From NCBI GenBank assembly GCA_050273025.1, contig CP158635.1, positions 3,844,001 to 3,908,000 of the forward strand: a stretch of 64,000 nt of DNA, read 5' to 3'. The notes under the pieces were generated by a model that did no database searches, was not told where the DNA came from, and saw only the letters and a program-made list of their open reading frames with translations. A program made the position numbers and the translations under genes. This stretch comes from Cenococcum geophilum (Eukaryota). Below, piece by piece: positions 11,694 to 24,990 of this stretch. Within the stretch, counting starts at the first letter, position 1, and every line of letters starts with the position of its first letter.

Positions 11694-14600
11694 TAGGGTG
11701 GTTGTTAATAAGTCAATAACGCTTCAATTAATATTGATATTGATTGGTCAATATTAATTAATATTAATAATCTTATCAATAATTAAATAACAGCTAAGCT
11801 ACTCTAAGCTTATTATTTGTAATACTACTCTATTTCCAATGTTTTAAACACTCTACTCTCTTAATATTTTTAGCTCCTAGTTGCGCCCTTTTCTATAAGA
11901 TTGTACGACGAGCTCCTAAAAAGACTCTCTCTAGCTTATCGCTTATTGCTAGAATTAATAGAATATTAATTGCTATATATAATAATCTTGGCCAACGTTT
12001 TCATTATTAATCTTAATACTACTATTTAAGAGTAAATAGCTTCCTAATATCGTACGGTTCTCTATTGCTATAGTCTTTATACTTATCCTAATTTACTAGC
12101 TAAGCGTATATTCCTAGATCTTAAGTAATCCAATTAAATTCATTAAGATCCTAATTTTAAGAGGGTTTCCTTTCGTATAAGGAAGGAGTAAGAGGAGTAG
12201 GTGCTTTTTCCTAATAAGACTCCTAAAGCTTTTTTACCTTTTATAGTATTGGCTTTTACCATTTAGCCTTCTAGTTTACGTGAATATACTTTATATAACG
12301 GTTTAGATAAAGAATAAGGGCAGCTATATAAAGAGGAGAGTTATTAGTTTTACTATAGTACTTATTAAAGGTCTCCCACCCCTTCCTAATTTAGGAGCTA
12401 AACTCCTTATTAGAAGCATGCTTAGACTACTATATAGTATTAGCCTTGTTTAACCTAATTAAGAATTCTACTTATAAGGGCCTTTTTAAAGTGTTTAATA
12501 AGAATATTTATAGTAAAGAGCACTCTGTTAATTGTTGCGTAGTCTCCTTAAGTTTCTAAGGTTGCTTAATAGAATGGTTAAAGGAATACCTTAGTCGTAT
12601 AAAGAAATTCCTAGTCCTTTAGATAGAGATACTCCATCTAGAGCGTAGTAAAGTGGCTCTTTAAATATGTATTAATGGCGCTTAACTGTTATTTAGCTAT
12701 AGCTAGTATCTAATACTAGCTATTCCATCTCGTCTGGTTATTAAGTAGAATTATTCTTCCTGCTAGATCTTTAAACTCCCTTATACGACTAGCCGAATTA
12801 TAAATATATATAATAATATTATAAAGCTTTCCAAGTGGTCCTATAGCCCGAAAAGCTGCCCTTTACTTAGCTTCGCCTTCCACCTTCCCTTTTCCTTCTT
12901 ATTCATTATACGACTTAAGTTACTCTGTCTCTATTAGGCCCTAAAAAAGAAAAGCTTATACGGCTAAGTTAATAATATAACTAGTATAGCGGATCCGTCG
13001 GAATATAGAATCCTACTTAACTTTCTCTTTCTCCTAGAGATAATTTGCTACTATACGGCAAAGCGTATTATTTAAAGTAGTGTTATCGTAAATAATAAAA
13101 CCAAGCTTTTATACAATTCCATAGTCTTAAAGCACTAAAAGAAGAGTAGTAAATTACTTTTCTCTACTATAGTTTGCTACCGTGTAAAGGGCAAGGAGTG
13201 CTTTAACAAGCTTCTTCTGGTATTAGTTAATAAAGTACGCGCAGATCCTAAGGAGAAGAAGCCGGTTTAGAGAGGTCTAGATATTAAGCGAAATGTATAT
13301 ACTTAATAATGCTAATTAAAGCTTCTTTCGTATAATATTTTTTTAGAATCGCTATAATTTCTTAATCTTCTTTACAACCTTAGAGTATGCCATAGTAATC
13401 TAGCCTTCTACTTCTAGATTTAGAACTTAATAAAAGGTGTAAAACTTAGGCTATTTAATAACATAGAACGGAAGGTTTTATATAACAATTAATAAGACTA
13501 ATGCCTTATTAATAAGGTCACAGTTTAGGACTTTTTAAAGAACTTAGGTATTAAGCTATTGCGTTTAACCTATAGATGTCGCTCTAGTATAGAGCTGTGA
13601 GGGGATTTTGTAGATAGGGGGCTATAAGGACACAATTGTGGAATAGGATAGATTAGTAAGAGAGACAAATCCTTGAGGAGGTAAGGCCTCTAGGATTGTG
13701 GAGACTATATACTACGGGTACGTACCTCCGGCACGTGACTGGCGACTATCTAAAGGGTATTTAGGGGTTGTCCTAAGGGCAACCCAAGGTGTCCGCAATA
13801 ATATCCCTTATATTGCCCCCCCCCTTCTTATAGTCGGCCCCCGATCGCTATTACCTTACGGTAGGGAGATTATAAGGGCTCGTCCTAGAAGAGGTTCAGA
13901 GAGATATTAGAGAGGTATTGGCATGCCGCTATATATTATCTATCTATCTAACCCCTGCTTTAAACTCCTAAAAAACCTTAATAAGGAAAAAATATAACTA
14001 GAGAAAAGACGTAAGGATTACTAGGAGACCTATTAGAAGCCTTTTAGAAGTATACTAGTAACTACCTAGGCTAATATAGGGATTTTTATACAACTCTACT
14101 TTTAAGCCTTTATACTAGTCTGTAATTAATTATAAGTATTATAGGCAATTTAGTGTTCTAGTATAGTTCTATAGAACCTTTTGGTATAAGATTTAATATA
14201 TAGAGCCTTAGCTTGCCGTTGTCTTTAATTGCTAAGATATAGTCTATAATTCTTTCTTATAATCCTTTTTTTATAATCCTCTACATCACTAACGCATTAC
14301 TCCCGCATTTGCCCTTAGGCTATTAGATACAGTTAAGGTATTAATTAGTTAGTTAAAGAGACTTATCTCTTAAGATTTGGTATATATACTTTCAAATCTA
14401 GTGGTCTTATACTATATATTTGGTGTAGCTCTACTACCTAGCAAACAGGGACATTTCGCAATAGTAATTGTAGCTATTATATAATTGTTAAGAACGTCTA
14501 TAACGTTATTCTTTAATACTGTAGTATTATTTTAGGTCTAATTTAACCCATATGCGTCTTTAATTTAACGTCTTAATTACCTTCCTCTGGCCGCGTAGTT

Positions 14601-14899
14601 AGTTTTTATAAGGAAGTAATAGTTAAATAACTTATACGCGTATTTCCTTCCTTTTAAATAGCGCTATTATAACGGAGTTATATTAGTAAGGTTACGGCTA
14701 TTTACTAAAAGGGTATTAGAAGGTGAAGTATAAAGACACCTTGCTTATTAAGCTGCTCCTTTTCTTAAATACCTTACTTCTCGCTATTAACCGTCGTCTA
14801 ATTTTAGACGTATCTTTGATATATTATTAAGATTTTCTTCTTTTTCATTATTAATTTAATATACCTCTTTATTTTCCTGCTAACTGCTCTTCTAAATAG

Positions 14900-15830
14900 A
14901 TTCTACAGCGTATCCTAGCCCTACCTTTATATATAAAACCCTAACCTCCGCTAACTCGCAATTAGTGCTGGTCCTACCTAAATAATTTTGCCTGTACGTC
15001 TTTAAAAGACTAGAAATTTAATAACAGGATTCTAGAGGCTTATAATAAGACACACTGCGTTAGATCTAATACCTTTAGTCCTTATAATCGATGCATACGT
15101 ACTAAGAGCGGCAGTTATATTAAGGTAAGTTTTTCTATTCTTAATAGATTTCTATTGCTAACTTTAAGCTTTAATAGCCTAGGCCTAAGTGGCGACGATC
15201 CTTTAATATTCTTAACTACTATATTGCCTGGGCTTTGTCTTATTCTAGCGCCAATGCTAAATATCTTAGTCGTATTTAAGACTATACTATAGCTATCTAT
15301 ACCGCCTATAATTCTTAGTAAGCTAGTTAGTAACGCCTAATATAAGAGTAAGGTTAGTATACTAAGGATAGGGTGCAGAATAGGGGTAATGAGAAGAAGG
15401 TTGCCGTCTACTATAGGAAGGAGTTCGCGCATACGCGTTAAGTTTTAAAAGAGTATAATATGATGTGGTATTAGGTAGGTTACCCTTTAGGTACCTAGTG
15501 GATAGGTAACTAATAGTTACTATAGTAAGGTCTTAGTGGTTCTGGATTATACTAGCCAGCTAACGTCTCTATTTATTCTAGGCTTAAGCGTATCTTTATT
15601 AACTATAAGCTTACTCCCTAAGAGCTTTATTAGTATTAGTTTGGACCTAATATTAGTATTAAGCGTTTAAGAGTCTCTGCTCTAGCTACACCTTATTATC
15701 CTACCCCTATTTTTATGCCTACTTATACGCCTACTAAGGCATCTAGATCCTATTCTCGTTAGCTATTACTTAGTAGCCTAATAGATACTAATCCTACTCC
15801 TAATAATAATAAGGCGTAGTGGCTTTTTAG
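14900..15830 (+). pseudogene. Antisense spliced gene in G2: Cys-cluster protein (RIP relic; 5' exon(s) unresolved)
   Basis: Exon 14900-15124 reads ..RNQCWS(C)LNNFAC..THCVRSNTFSP(C)NRCIRTKSGS(C)IK. Intron GTAAGT..GCTAAC..TAG 15125-15177; exon 15178-15474 (99 codons, only TAA/TAG stops); intron 15475-15525. Confidence 0.68.
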
Positions 15831-16049
15831 ATTAGGTATTTGTGGTTTAGACTTTTAGGATTCGTTCTTATACATAGTAGCAATTAAGGACCTCGATTAG
15901 GTGCTTAGGAAGGTCTTATAAGGCTTTTAGAAAGGGCTTAGAAGCCCTAGGAATAATATTCCTGGTATAGATTAATAAATAGGAATGCAATTATAGCAAA
16001 ATGCCCTATTAACTCTATGCTATATATATGAAAAGGCTAAGGACCTGTC

Positions 16050-19000
16050 CTGCCTTGGGCCGTAGCCCTATTCCTATAGTTTCCGGAGCCTATCTATTCC
16101 ATATCCAATTTAACCTATTTACTCTTTTCGCAAGCTTTCTTTATAGGTCGCGATAATACTATAGTATTAGAGCGCTTTCTACGACTTATAGATTGTGGAC
16201 CTTGGTCCTAATATTCTTTTAGAATATCTTCGTAATAATTAAGGTAATCCTCTGGTTCCTATATAGAGTCCTTAGCGGGCTAACCTAGCTATTTGACTTT
16301 AAATTGAAGCTTGTTCTTAATAGACTTATAGCGTAGTATAGCTTTAACCTTATACCGCTCGCCTACTACCTTAGAGTGTTTAATTAGGCCTAGACGGAAG
16401 TTCTTTTCTAGTGGTAGTCTATGCTGTAGTTTTAGTAGGTTTATATAAAACACTAGATGCATATAGGCTATAGATAGGGGTAGCTAGAGACGGTAGGCTA
16501 GCTTACTAATTTGTTCCTTAACTTAGAAGGGACCTAGGTATCTTATATTAAGCTTCTTTAATAGTTAACGGGTCTTAATATTTGTTAAATATAATAGAAC
16601 CTTATTGCCTACTCCGAAATGCTTATCCTAGTGCTTATAGTTATACTAAAGTCTTTACTGCTTTTAGGCATCTTATAGGCTCTACTTCGTATACTTTTAT
16701 TACTCCTCCTATTCCTAGAGGTATCCTTATACTCTTTAGTAGATGTCCTTAAACTTCCTAGTAGGATCCTATAACTAATTATACGGCCTTAGCCAGTAAT
16801 TATTAGGTATACTATTAAACCCAAATAGTCGGACGCTATAGGCGATCTGGATTGGTGCATACTTATACAATATATATTGCTTTAAATTGTAAGCGTACTC
16901 CGCGTACGGAAGTAGCTCGCACTAGTTGTTTTACTAGTAGTTTAAATACATCCGTAGGTAAGACTCCAGTTCCTAGTTCTGGCGTTCCGTTTACCTATCC
17001 ATCTACGGGTGGAAAGCTATACTATACTAGTAGTCTATCTTTAAATGGAAGCATAGGTCCGACCAGTATTGGCTTATAAAGACGCTGCCCCTATTAGTAA
17101 TAATAGAGTGTGGCTAATCTACTTTAAGAAAGCATTTCTCCTTAATTAGGTTAGCGAGCTTTTATATATTAATTGTCTTATTAACAGGAAGGTATTAGAC
17201 GTACTTTAAAAACCTATTAATAAGTACGAGGACCGAATTATATATTCGTCCTTGGCTATCTTTAAATGGCGGAAGATCTGTAATAAAGTTTATAGCGTAA
17301 TATTGCTATAGCTTACTAGCGGGGGGAACTAATTTAAGTAGACCCTATGGCTTGTGCCTACGGATCTTATATACTTAATACTTCTTATAATAGCTAATAT
17401 ACTCCTTTACTTCCTAATTAAGCCTTAGCCAATAGTATTTGCGCTAAAGTAATTCTACTGTTTTTATTTAACTATAGTAGCCGCCTAGAGGATTATTGTA
17501 ATTCTTTATAAGAATCTTCTATTATAGATTTGCTTCTTATAGCACCTAAACCTTACTACCTCTATATAATAGGCCTATTGGGTCTAGTTCCTAATAATAG
17601 CGCCTAGCAGCTTCCTTTCCGTTACTTTTCCGGTCTACTTCCGCATTAAGGATAATATAGGAAGCGTCCCTCCGTTGCACCTTACGGATAAGATTTATTA
17701 ACCTTTTAGATAGTTCTTAGGTAAAAGCTGTTTTATCCTATACTACTCTAAGTATAAGACTAGATAGTACTATAGATCTTGCAACTCTTTAATACGTATA
17801 TATTAGGAAGGCCGCTATAAGGTTAAAGTTCTTTAGTTATTATAGGGCTCCGAGTTCCGATTACTCTATAGCTTTGCTATTTATTTAAGGGGATAGCTTA
17901 GTAATTAGAGATAGTGTATTACTAGGTTCTAAGAATGTATTAGGGACGTCCTGTCTAGGTATATTTAGACCCTTATTAGTAATGGACTAGGTACTAGCCA
18001 GAATATTAGTGGAAACCAATGGGGCTTATACTGCCTAAGACTTAGTATATAGAGCTATAGGTACTTAAGTATCCTATACTTAGAGCTTATTCTATAATAT
18101 AGGGAGTAAGATATCTATTATCTGTTTTCCTTCTCCCGTTTTAAAGCCTTTAGTATAGTTTAGCCATCGTAACGGTCTATTGGCAGGGTTGTTTTCCCCT
18201 AGTTTATATTTAATCTTAAAATTAAATTATATAAGCTCTTCTGCCTATTTAGCTTGTTAAGGTATAAGCTCCTTTATAGTTATAAAGTAGTATAAATTAT
18301 AGTGATCTAAGAGTATATGAGTAGTATAGCTCGCGTGCTTAAGGTAGTATCGCTACTATTTAAAGCAGTTAACTATAGCTAGCAGTTCCTTATTGTGGGT
18401 ATAATACCTAACTTTAGGTCCCTAGAATTTTCTATTATAAAATGCTACTAGTCTCTAATAGAGCTAGGTAGCGTCTAGATGCCTATTAGGTTACAGTAGG
18501 ATACTAATAAGGGCAAAATTTAATATATTAGTAATTATTATTAATAGCTAATTTAGGTTAAAATGCCGCAGTAATAAAGCTTTTATAAACTTTACATAAA
18601 GTTCTTAGAAGGCCTTTTAAACCTTTCTAGGCTATAACTATAGCTTATACTATTTAGTTAGTCCCTTTTTAGTTTTCTTCCTTACCGCCTTTAAGCTTTT
18701 TGCTCCTTAGGTTAGGTCTTAAAAAGCTTTCGTAATATAGTTAGATAGATATTAGATAATATCTAAGTAGTTATAAATAAAGCGCCTATAGAAATTGGTA
18801 AAGCTTAGAAACACTTAAACATCCTAGTAACTCTCTAGCTCTGGCCACTTTTAGATTATCTACACCCGTACTAGGTCTATAACTATACCTATAGACGTTA
18901 TAATGTAACCCAGGAACTTGACCTGCTTAGTATTAAAGATATACTTTAACGCCTTAGCGTAAAGGCCCTAATTATCTAAACGTTCCAGCACTTCGCGGAC

Positions 19001-22000
19001 GTGTTACTTGTATTAATCCTTATCTTCTAAGTAGATTAAGATGTTATTTAAATAAATAATATATATACGGTTAACTAGTCCCCCCAAGGCTCTATAAATA
19101 TATAATTGGAATGTCGTAGGCGTATTAGCTAGCCCGAAAGGCATTACTAGATACTTAAAGTGGCTGTATTAGGTCTTAAAAGCGGTCTTTTATTTATCCC
19201 CTTCTTTAATACGGAGCTTATAATAGGCGTCTTGTAAATCTAGCTTTATAAAGATCTTCGCCCTAGATAGTTAATCTAGTATTTTACTAACTAGTAGTAG
19301 TGGGTAACGGTTTTTAATTATAATCTTATTAAGACCACGATAGTCTATATATAGCCTTATAGTTCTATTTAGTTTTAGGATAAAGAGGATTAGTACGCCT
19401 AACGGCGACTTACTAGGCTGGATCTACCCCTTTTCCAGTGACCTATTAAGGTACTCCTGTAGAATCTTAAGCTCTTTACGCGAGAGGTTATAAATAGGAA
19501 GGTTTAGTAGTTGTTTGCCTTCTTCTAGATTAATTATATAATTATACTCCGAGTTCTGCGGTAGGACTTTTGCTCTCCTACCTAAAAATACCCTTAGTAA
19601 GTCCCTTAGGCCTACTAGAATATTTAATAAATTAGGGTCGCGTTTATCCTCCGCGTTATTATTAGATAAGTCTTAGAGCTCCCTTAGGATACTTATAGGC
19701 AGTGTTATACGCTATAGCGGTTACTTATATATAGTTACTACCGTATATTAAACCGTTTTATATAGTAGCCAGTAGAGAGCAGGGAACTCCTTAACGCAGC
19801 GTTTAAGGTGCCGTAGTATACTTTCTATATATTGCTTAAGCTAGAGTAACCTATAGCGGTTAAAGTATCTTATAAAATTCTTAAGATCGCCGCCTTTCTG
19901 TAATGTCTCTGCGACCTATCTAGTAGTTCCCTATAGGGTCTCTATTATAGAGGGGTTATTACCTATACTAGGCTCTATACCCATCTTGCTATTAAATAAG
20001 GGTTAGATTTAATACTCCTTTAGGTATAGAGCGTACACTATTTTACCTAGGGCTATATTCTCTAGAATGTCCTTTAGGCTTATTAGTAATATACGCCCTT
20101 TTAAATCTTTATTATTCTACTATTTAAAGGCTCTAGTTTTAAAGCGTATCTTAAAATCTGCTTCTGCTAGCTAAGGGTATCTAAGGATAAGGTTATAACC
20201 TACAAAGTTAGCCGCCTAGAAGGGTTGCGGGCCAACTACCTTAGTGCGGTTATATATGTCGGCTACTAATACTATAAGTTTATAGGCACTATATAGCTTA
20301 ATCTAATACTTATCTAGAAAGCCTATAATAGATTTCTGCCACCTTTATAATAGGATAAGTTTATACTCTTTTACCAAATTATATTATATAAAATTAATTT
20401 CGGCGCCGCTGTTATATAGTGCTTAGAACTGTTATACCTTACCTATAAGGAGTATCATTTCTAATTTAATAGCAATATGGAGAGTCTCTCCTTCTATATC
20501 TTGCCCTAGTTATAGCTAGGAGAGGTCCGCGACTAGGGCTTTTTTTTTTTAGGTTGTTAGTGTAATTGTCGCCCGACTTATTCCCCTAATAAGATTTGCC
20601 TTTAGGGAAATTTCCTTTTAGCTTCTTAGAGTATTCCTATAAGGGTATTAGACGGGTATTAGGTTGGCCTTAGAAATCTTTCCTATTACTTAAGGCTCCT
20701 AACTTTAATTCTTCTAAAGTTCTCCTTAAGAACGGCTTCTTTAAAGCTTAGGTCTGCCCTATATTGCTATTAAAATACCCACGCTTTTAGTTACCCCTTA
20801 GCTTTCTACTAAAAGAGGTCTGGTTCTTTACTATATCCTTAGCGTTTAGAACCGCTTATTCAAAATCCGTATATACAGTGATCCGTAGTAAGGCTTCTAC
20901 GCGTTTTATTTTATTATAAATTGCTAGCTTAATTCTAGCCTAGATAAATCCGATCTTCTCCTTTTTATAAACGCTGCCGTCCTTATTTTTAAATGGCTCT
21001 AAATCTATCTATTAAGTATAAGTTTTTATAAAGTTTATAAACTAGCGGAAGTCTTAACGGTCTAGCTGCGTACTATTCCAAAATTGTTCTATATTATCGT
21101 ATTATATAATATATGGATTTTAGGTCTAACCCTTTAGGAAGGTCTATAGCTATAGCCATATTATAATTTACTCTTTATTAAGTTAATTAAGCGCAATCTA
21201 GTTTAGTGATTGGTTTTTAATCTTACTAATAATCTAGCGTATACGCTCTTTAGTATTATCTCGTATTATTAGCATCTTAAAGAAGTTGTCTACCTTACAA
21301 ACCTAATCGTCTAGCTATTAGGCGTTGGGTCTATAACGAAGTTCTAAACTATTAAAGGCCTTAGCTAGTTAGTCTATATCCTTTTTCCATTTATTATATA
21401 GGTGCCTCTCTAAGTCTTCTATACCTTTTTAGGTAGATACTAAATAGCCCCTAGAAAGCCCTTAGCCTTAACTAGGTTATAAAAGAATTTACCTAGCTTA
21501 GATTAAACCCTACTAGATATAGATTTGCCCTTAAAGGGTTCTAATATATTTATTAGTGGCTTTCTCCCGTATGGCTTCCAAGAGCCTTACGACAGCTTTC
21601 TAATATCCGTCTTAAAGGAGATTGGTATAGGGCTCTTAACCTTCCAAACTTGGGCCTAGGGAAGCTCCTACTATAAAGGTAGTATTAGCACTAGTAGCTA
21701 GTATAGGTTTCCCAATAAGCCTTAGGTCTTAAGTTAGTATTTAGGTTTAATTTCCTAAAGGGGTAGGCCTACTTAGCTTATAAGCAGTCTATATACCGCC
21801 ACTATACTAATTATAGGCTGGTGGTCTTCCGGGAGGGTTCTGGTTAGGTCCCTAGTTAAATATATTAGTATATTTCTCTAGCATTTCTAGCTTAGGGGAA
21901 GATCTTAGGGTTACCTCTAGCGCTTAATCTTCTAATTAGCCTAGGTGGGGCTAGAGGGGTTCCGGTTACTTTCTAGTAGCGTTATAACCATTATAGAGGG

Positions 22001-22185
22001 TATCTGCGTTTTCCTTAGTGGTGACTGTAGGTATATAAGAGTCTTTAAGCTCCTAGAGCATCTAGGTATTAGGGCTTATTTAGCTATCTTACCCAGAGGG
22101 TTGTATTATCGCAATCTCTCGCTATTAGAGGGACTTTTTTACCTTTACGCGACGGCTTTCTATAAGGTATCCGTGGAGTTTCCAT
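16050..22185 (-). pseudogene. gag-pol of G2
   Basis: ATG about 22185. A-run at the gag/pol junction about 20540-20550. Protease about 20410, RT about 18800-19450, RNase H about 18200-18550, integrase about 16900-17500, chromodomain about 16200-16350. Confidence 0.88.
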
Positions 22186-23091
22186 TTAAGTTATTATAAG
22201 ATTTTAAGGGAGAATAGTGGCTATAAATAAAAGATATAAATAAATAATTTAGTCCTTAAAGCCGACTACCCTTCTAAAAAAGAGTAGGAAGGATTTAAAT
22301 ATAAGGGGATCTTGTAAATAGGGGGCTATAAGAACACGATTGTAAAATAAAATAGATTAGTAAGAGAGACGAATCCTTAAGGAGGTAAGGCCTCTAGGAT
22401 TGTAGAGACTATATACTACGGGTATGTACCTCTAGCACGTAACCAGCGACTATTTAAGGGGCGTCTAGGGGTTGTCCTAAGGGCAACCTAAGGTGTTTGC
22501 AATAATATCCCTTACAAGAGCTGTTTTAGTTAATTAAGTACTACCAACTAAACTTAGCCTGGAGTTAACTTAACCTTAATTCTATACTTACTCTTAAGAT
22601 AAGATTGGAAATTATTACTAGCTAAAGCACTATACGGTAGATCCGTACAGTATTTGCAGTAAAAAATGCGGTTTTTACCCTAGAATTCTAGCTCTGAGCC
22701 AGCCTAGGGTAGACAAGCGTGCTCCTATATTTTAATAGCTAAGCGCTTTCTAGTTATTTTCGACTTCGTTTTAATTAATTCCTAAGTTAATAAAGGCGTA
22801 AGAAAAGATAAATCTGCCTTAGAAGCCATTTATTGTACGAATTTATAGATAATAGAAAAATTTTGCGGGTTATTAGTAATAGCGTTAATTAATATTAATC
22901 TTATTAATACTTATTGATAACAATATTGATTAGTAAGATTGATAATAAAATTATTAACAACTACGCTGGTCTATATCTACTTACCTGTCTACATCTGCCT
23001 ACCCATTAGTATCTCCCTATTTATGCCTACCTGTCTATACTACCTTGATTTAATCGATCGATTAAATCGTTTATAGTGTTCGCTAGCTAGT

Positions 23092-23482
23092 CGTTGTCGT
23101 CTAGTTCTGGCGACGGTTGTCTGGCTCTAGCGACGGTCGTCTAGTTCTAGTAACGGTCCTCTAGTTTTGGCGACGGTCGTCTGGTTCTAGCGATGGTCGT
23201 CTATCTTTAGTAATAGTCGTCTAGCTCTGGCGACGGTCGTCTGGCTTTAGCGACAGTCGTTTAGTTCTAGCGACGGTCGTCTAGTTCTAGTAATAGTTGT
23301 TTAGTTCTAGCGACGATCGTCTAGTTCTAGCGATGGTCGTCTAATTTTGGCGACGGTTGTCTAGCTCTAGCGACGGTCGTCTGTCTCTGGCGACAGTTAT
23401 TTAGCGACGGCGACGGTCGTCTAGTAACGGCGACGGTTGTCTGGTTCTAGCGATAGTTATCTAGTTCTAGTAACGGTCCTCT
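23092..23482 (+). repeat. 20-bp minisatellite (GACGGTCGTCTAGCTCTGGC)n, about 19 units, in element A
   Basis: Period 20 is directly visible; no spacers. Confidence 0.92.
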
Positions 23483-23714
23483 GCTAGCTGCCGTTCTAGT
23501 GCCTCCCTAGGTAGGGAGGATATAAGGAAAGAAGGAAGGGTAAAAAATAAGGCGGCTATATAGGTAGAGATACGTATAGAGGCTATTAGGAATATAGCGG
23601 GGACCTAATGTAGAGCTTTATATAGAGCCTTATACAGAGCCTTATATAAAGCCTTTAAGTAATAAAACTATATAAGATTATATAAGATTGTATAATTAGT
23701 ATATAACTTTACCT

Positions 23715-23800
23715 AGTCGTCAAAAACGGACTCTGCACCTGTATGTGGTGACGGCTACAAACCTAAGTCTTTAAAGTTTAGACTTAGAGCCAACGCAGAG
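23715..23800 (+). ncRNA. Predicted HDV-like self-cleaving ribozyme
   Basis: P1 AGTCGTC/GACGGCT, P2 CTCTGC/GCAGAG, P3 ACC/GGT, L3 TGTATGT, P1.1 GT/AC, P4 CTAAGTCT/AGACTTAG, J4/2 AGCCAAC. Nucleotide +1 is the first base after the TSD. Confidence 0.8.
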
Positions 23801-24732
23801 ACGTCGCATAGCGTGCGATATGACGTGGTGGAGGTGGTTGCGAGTATTATGGGCGGTGGTGAAAAGTTTTTACATGGGATAGTGAGATCTCAAAAACCAC
23901 CACCGTTGGTACCCCTTACGATAACAGCTACTACACTATCCTCCTATTAAGGCACCTATACGATCCAACATGGATATATAGCATTTAATAGCATCCCCTA
24001 ACCCCCAACGGAAAGCATTAACAACCTCTTATATTAACGTACAAGCGAACGCGAATAGATAAAAATAAGCAAATATACGGCCCCTTCTAACCCCTAGGGC
24101 GATCGCCCGCAGAGCATATGGTTACTCGCCATTAACTATTAAATACTACCTAGCAGCCTGGATAACACCGTACGGTTTTCCTATCTCCTCTTAAGGAGTG
24201 GTGACCCTTAGTAAGGGCCTAGCAACTAGGGCCTAGGTATAAAAAATACCCAGGCATATACACACACGTCCCACTCGCCTTTTAGTATAATAGTAGTTTA
24301 TAGATAAATCCCCCTTACGCCTTTAATAGGCCCTAGGGGGGGGGAGGTATAGCGTATATAGTAATAGTTAGACAAGAGATAGTATATAGGGGATAGCTAA
24401 GATATAGGAAATAATAAGTATAGTAATTAATTGGCAAGGCCTAGCTGGGACATAGTGAACCCCAGCTAGGATAAGCTAGAGAAGGAAGTAGTGGTTCCTA
24501 AGGAGTTCAAAACATCTAAGGAGGAGGACGTAGCTGTAGGCCTGTAGGGCCGCACTACGTGCAAATATGGCAATTTGGGGTTTTTTATCCGACTAAGGTG
24601 GCTCATAGGGTTTTTCCTTCCCCTAACTGCAGGGTTTTCTTCATATAAATTACAAGTCCCCCCCCTGTGACGGAGTAGTCTGCGTGGGCCAGTAGGATCC
24701 GTATTAGACGTTAATTAAAGAGTTACTACTAC
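23715..24732 (+). mobile_element. Non-autonomous non-LTR retroelement (SINE-like or internally deleted LINE), 1018 bp
   Basis: 15-bp TSD TATATAACTTTACCT (23700-23714, 24733-24747), (TAC)n tail, 3' stem-loop shared with 38935-39033; no RT or endonuclease motifs recognised. Confidence 0.88.
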
Positions 24733-24757
24733 TATATAACTTTACCTTAATTGCATA

Positions 24758-24990
24758 TTAAGGAATATATAGTTAGCTTTTAAAGTTGCCAAGTAGGTTA
24801 ACTGCATATTATTTAACTTTTAAATATATTAAGTAGGTTAACTGCGGGTTAAGGAATATATAGTTAGCTTTTAAAGTTGTCAATTAGGTTAACTGCGTGT
24901 TATTTAACTTTTAAATATATTAAGTTAGTTAATTACGTGTTAAGTTAGTCAATTACGTATCAAGCTGGTCAATTTGCATGTCAATTACGC
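24758..24990 (+). repeat. Subterminal repeats of element A
   Basis: About 91-bp tandem duplication (TTAAGGAATATATAGTTAGCTTTTAAAG...) followed by short AAGTTAGT(T/C)AATTACGT units. Confidence 0.75.

Larger units (their letters stand above)
13596..22516 (-). mobile_element. Ty3/Gypsy chromovirus G2 (8921 bp)
   Basis: LTRs 13596-13812 and 22300-22516 (217 bp), perfect TSD AGAGC, PPT complement TTGCCCCCCCCCTTCTT after 13812. Confidence 0.95.
11694..22968 (-). mobile_element. hAT DNA transposon H2 with both ends, interrupted by G2
   Basis: TIR TAGGGTGGTTGTTAATAA versus reverse complement CAGCGTAGTTGTTAATAA. 8-bp TSD ATCTATAT/GTCTATAT. Minus-strand BED finger FYCKYC about 22650, R(C)T(GH)IINLAV about 12970, NQTRWNS about 12730, hATC about 11930-11980. 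Confidence 0.92.

Noticed and set aside
11444..11719. 91-aa YLP-rich ORF
   Set aside because: Translation of a tetranucleotide tract that runs into the H2 TIR.
13813..16050. Sense-strand env-like ORF in G2
   Set aside because: No convincing sense-strand frame; the splice signals and Cys motif are on the antisense strand.
23092..23482. CRISPR-like array (also 53535-53932 and 55788-55997)
   Set aside because: Head-to-tail 20-bp units without unique spacers, no cas genes, eukaryotic context.
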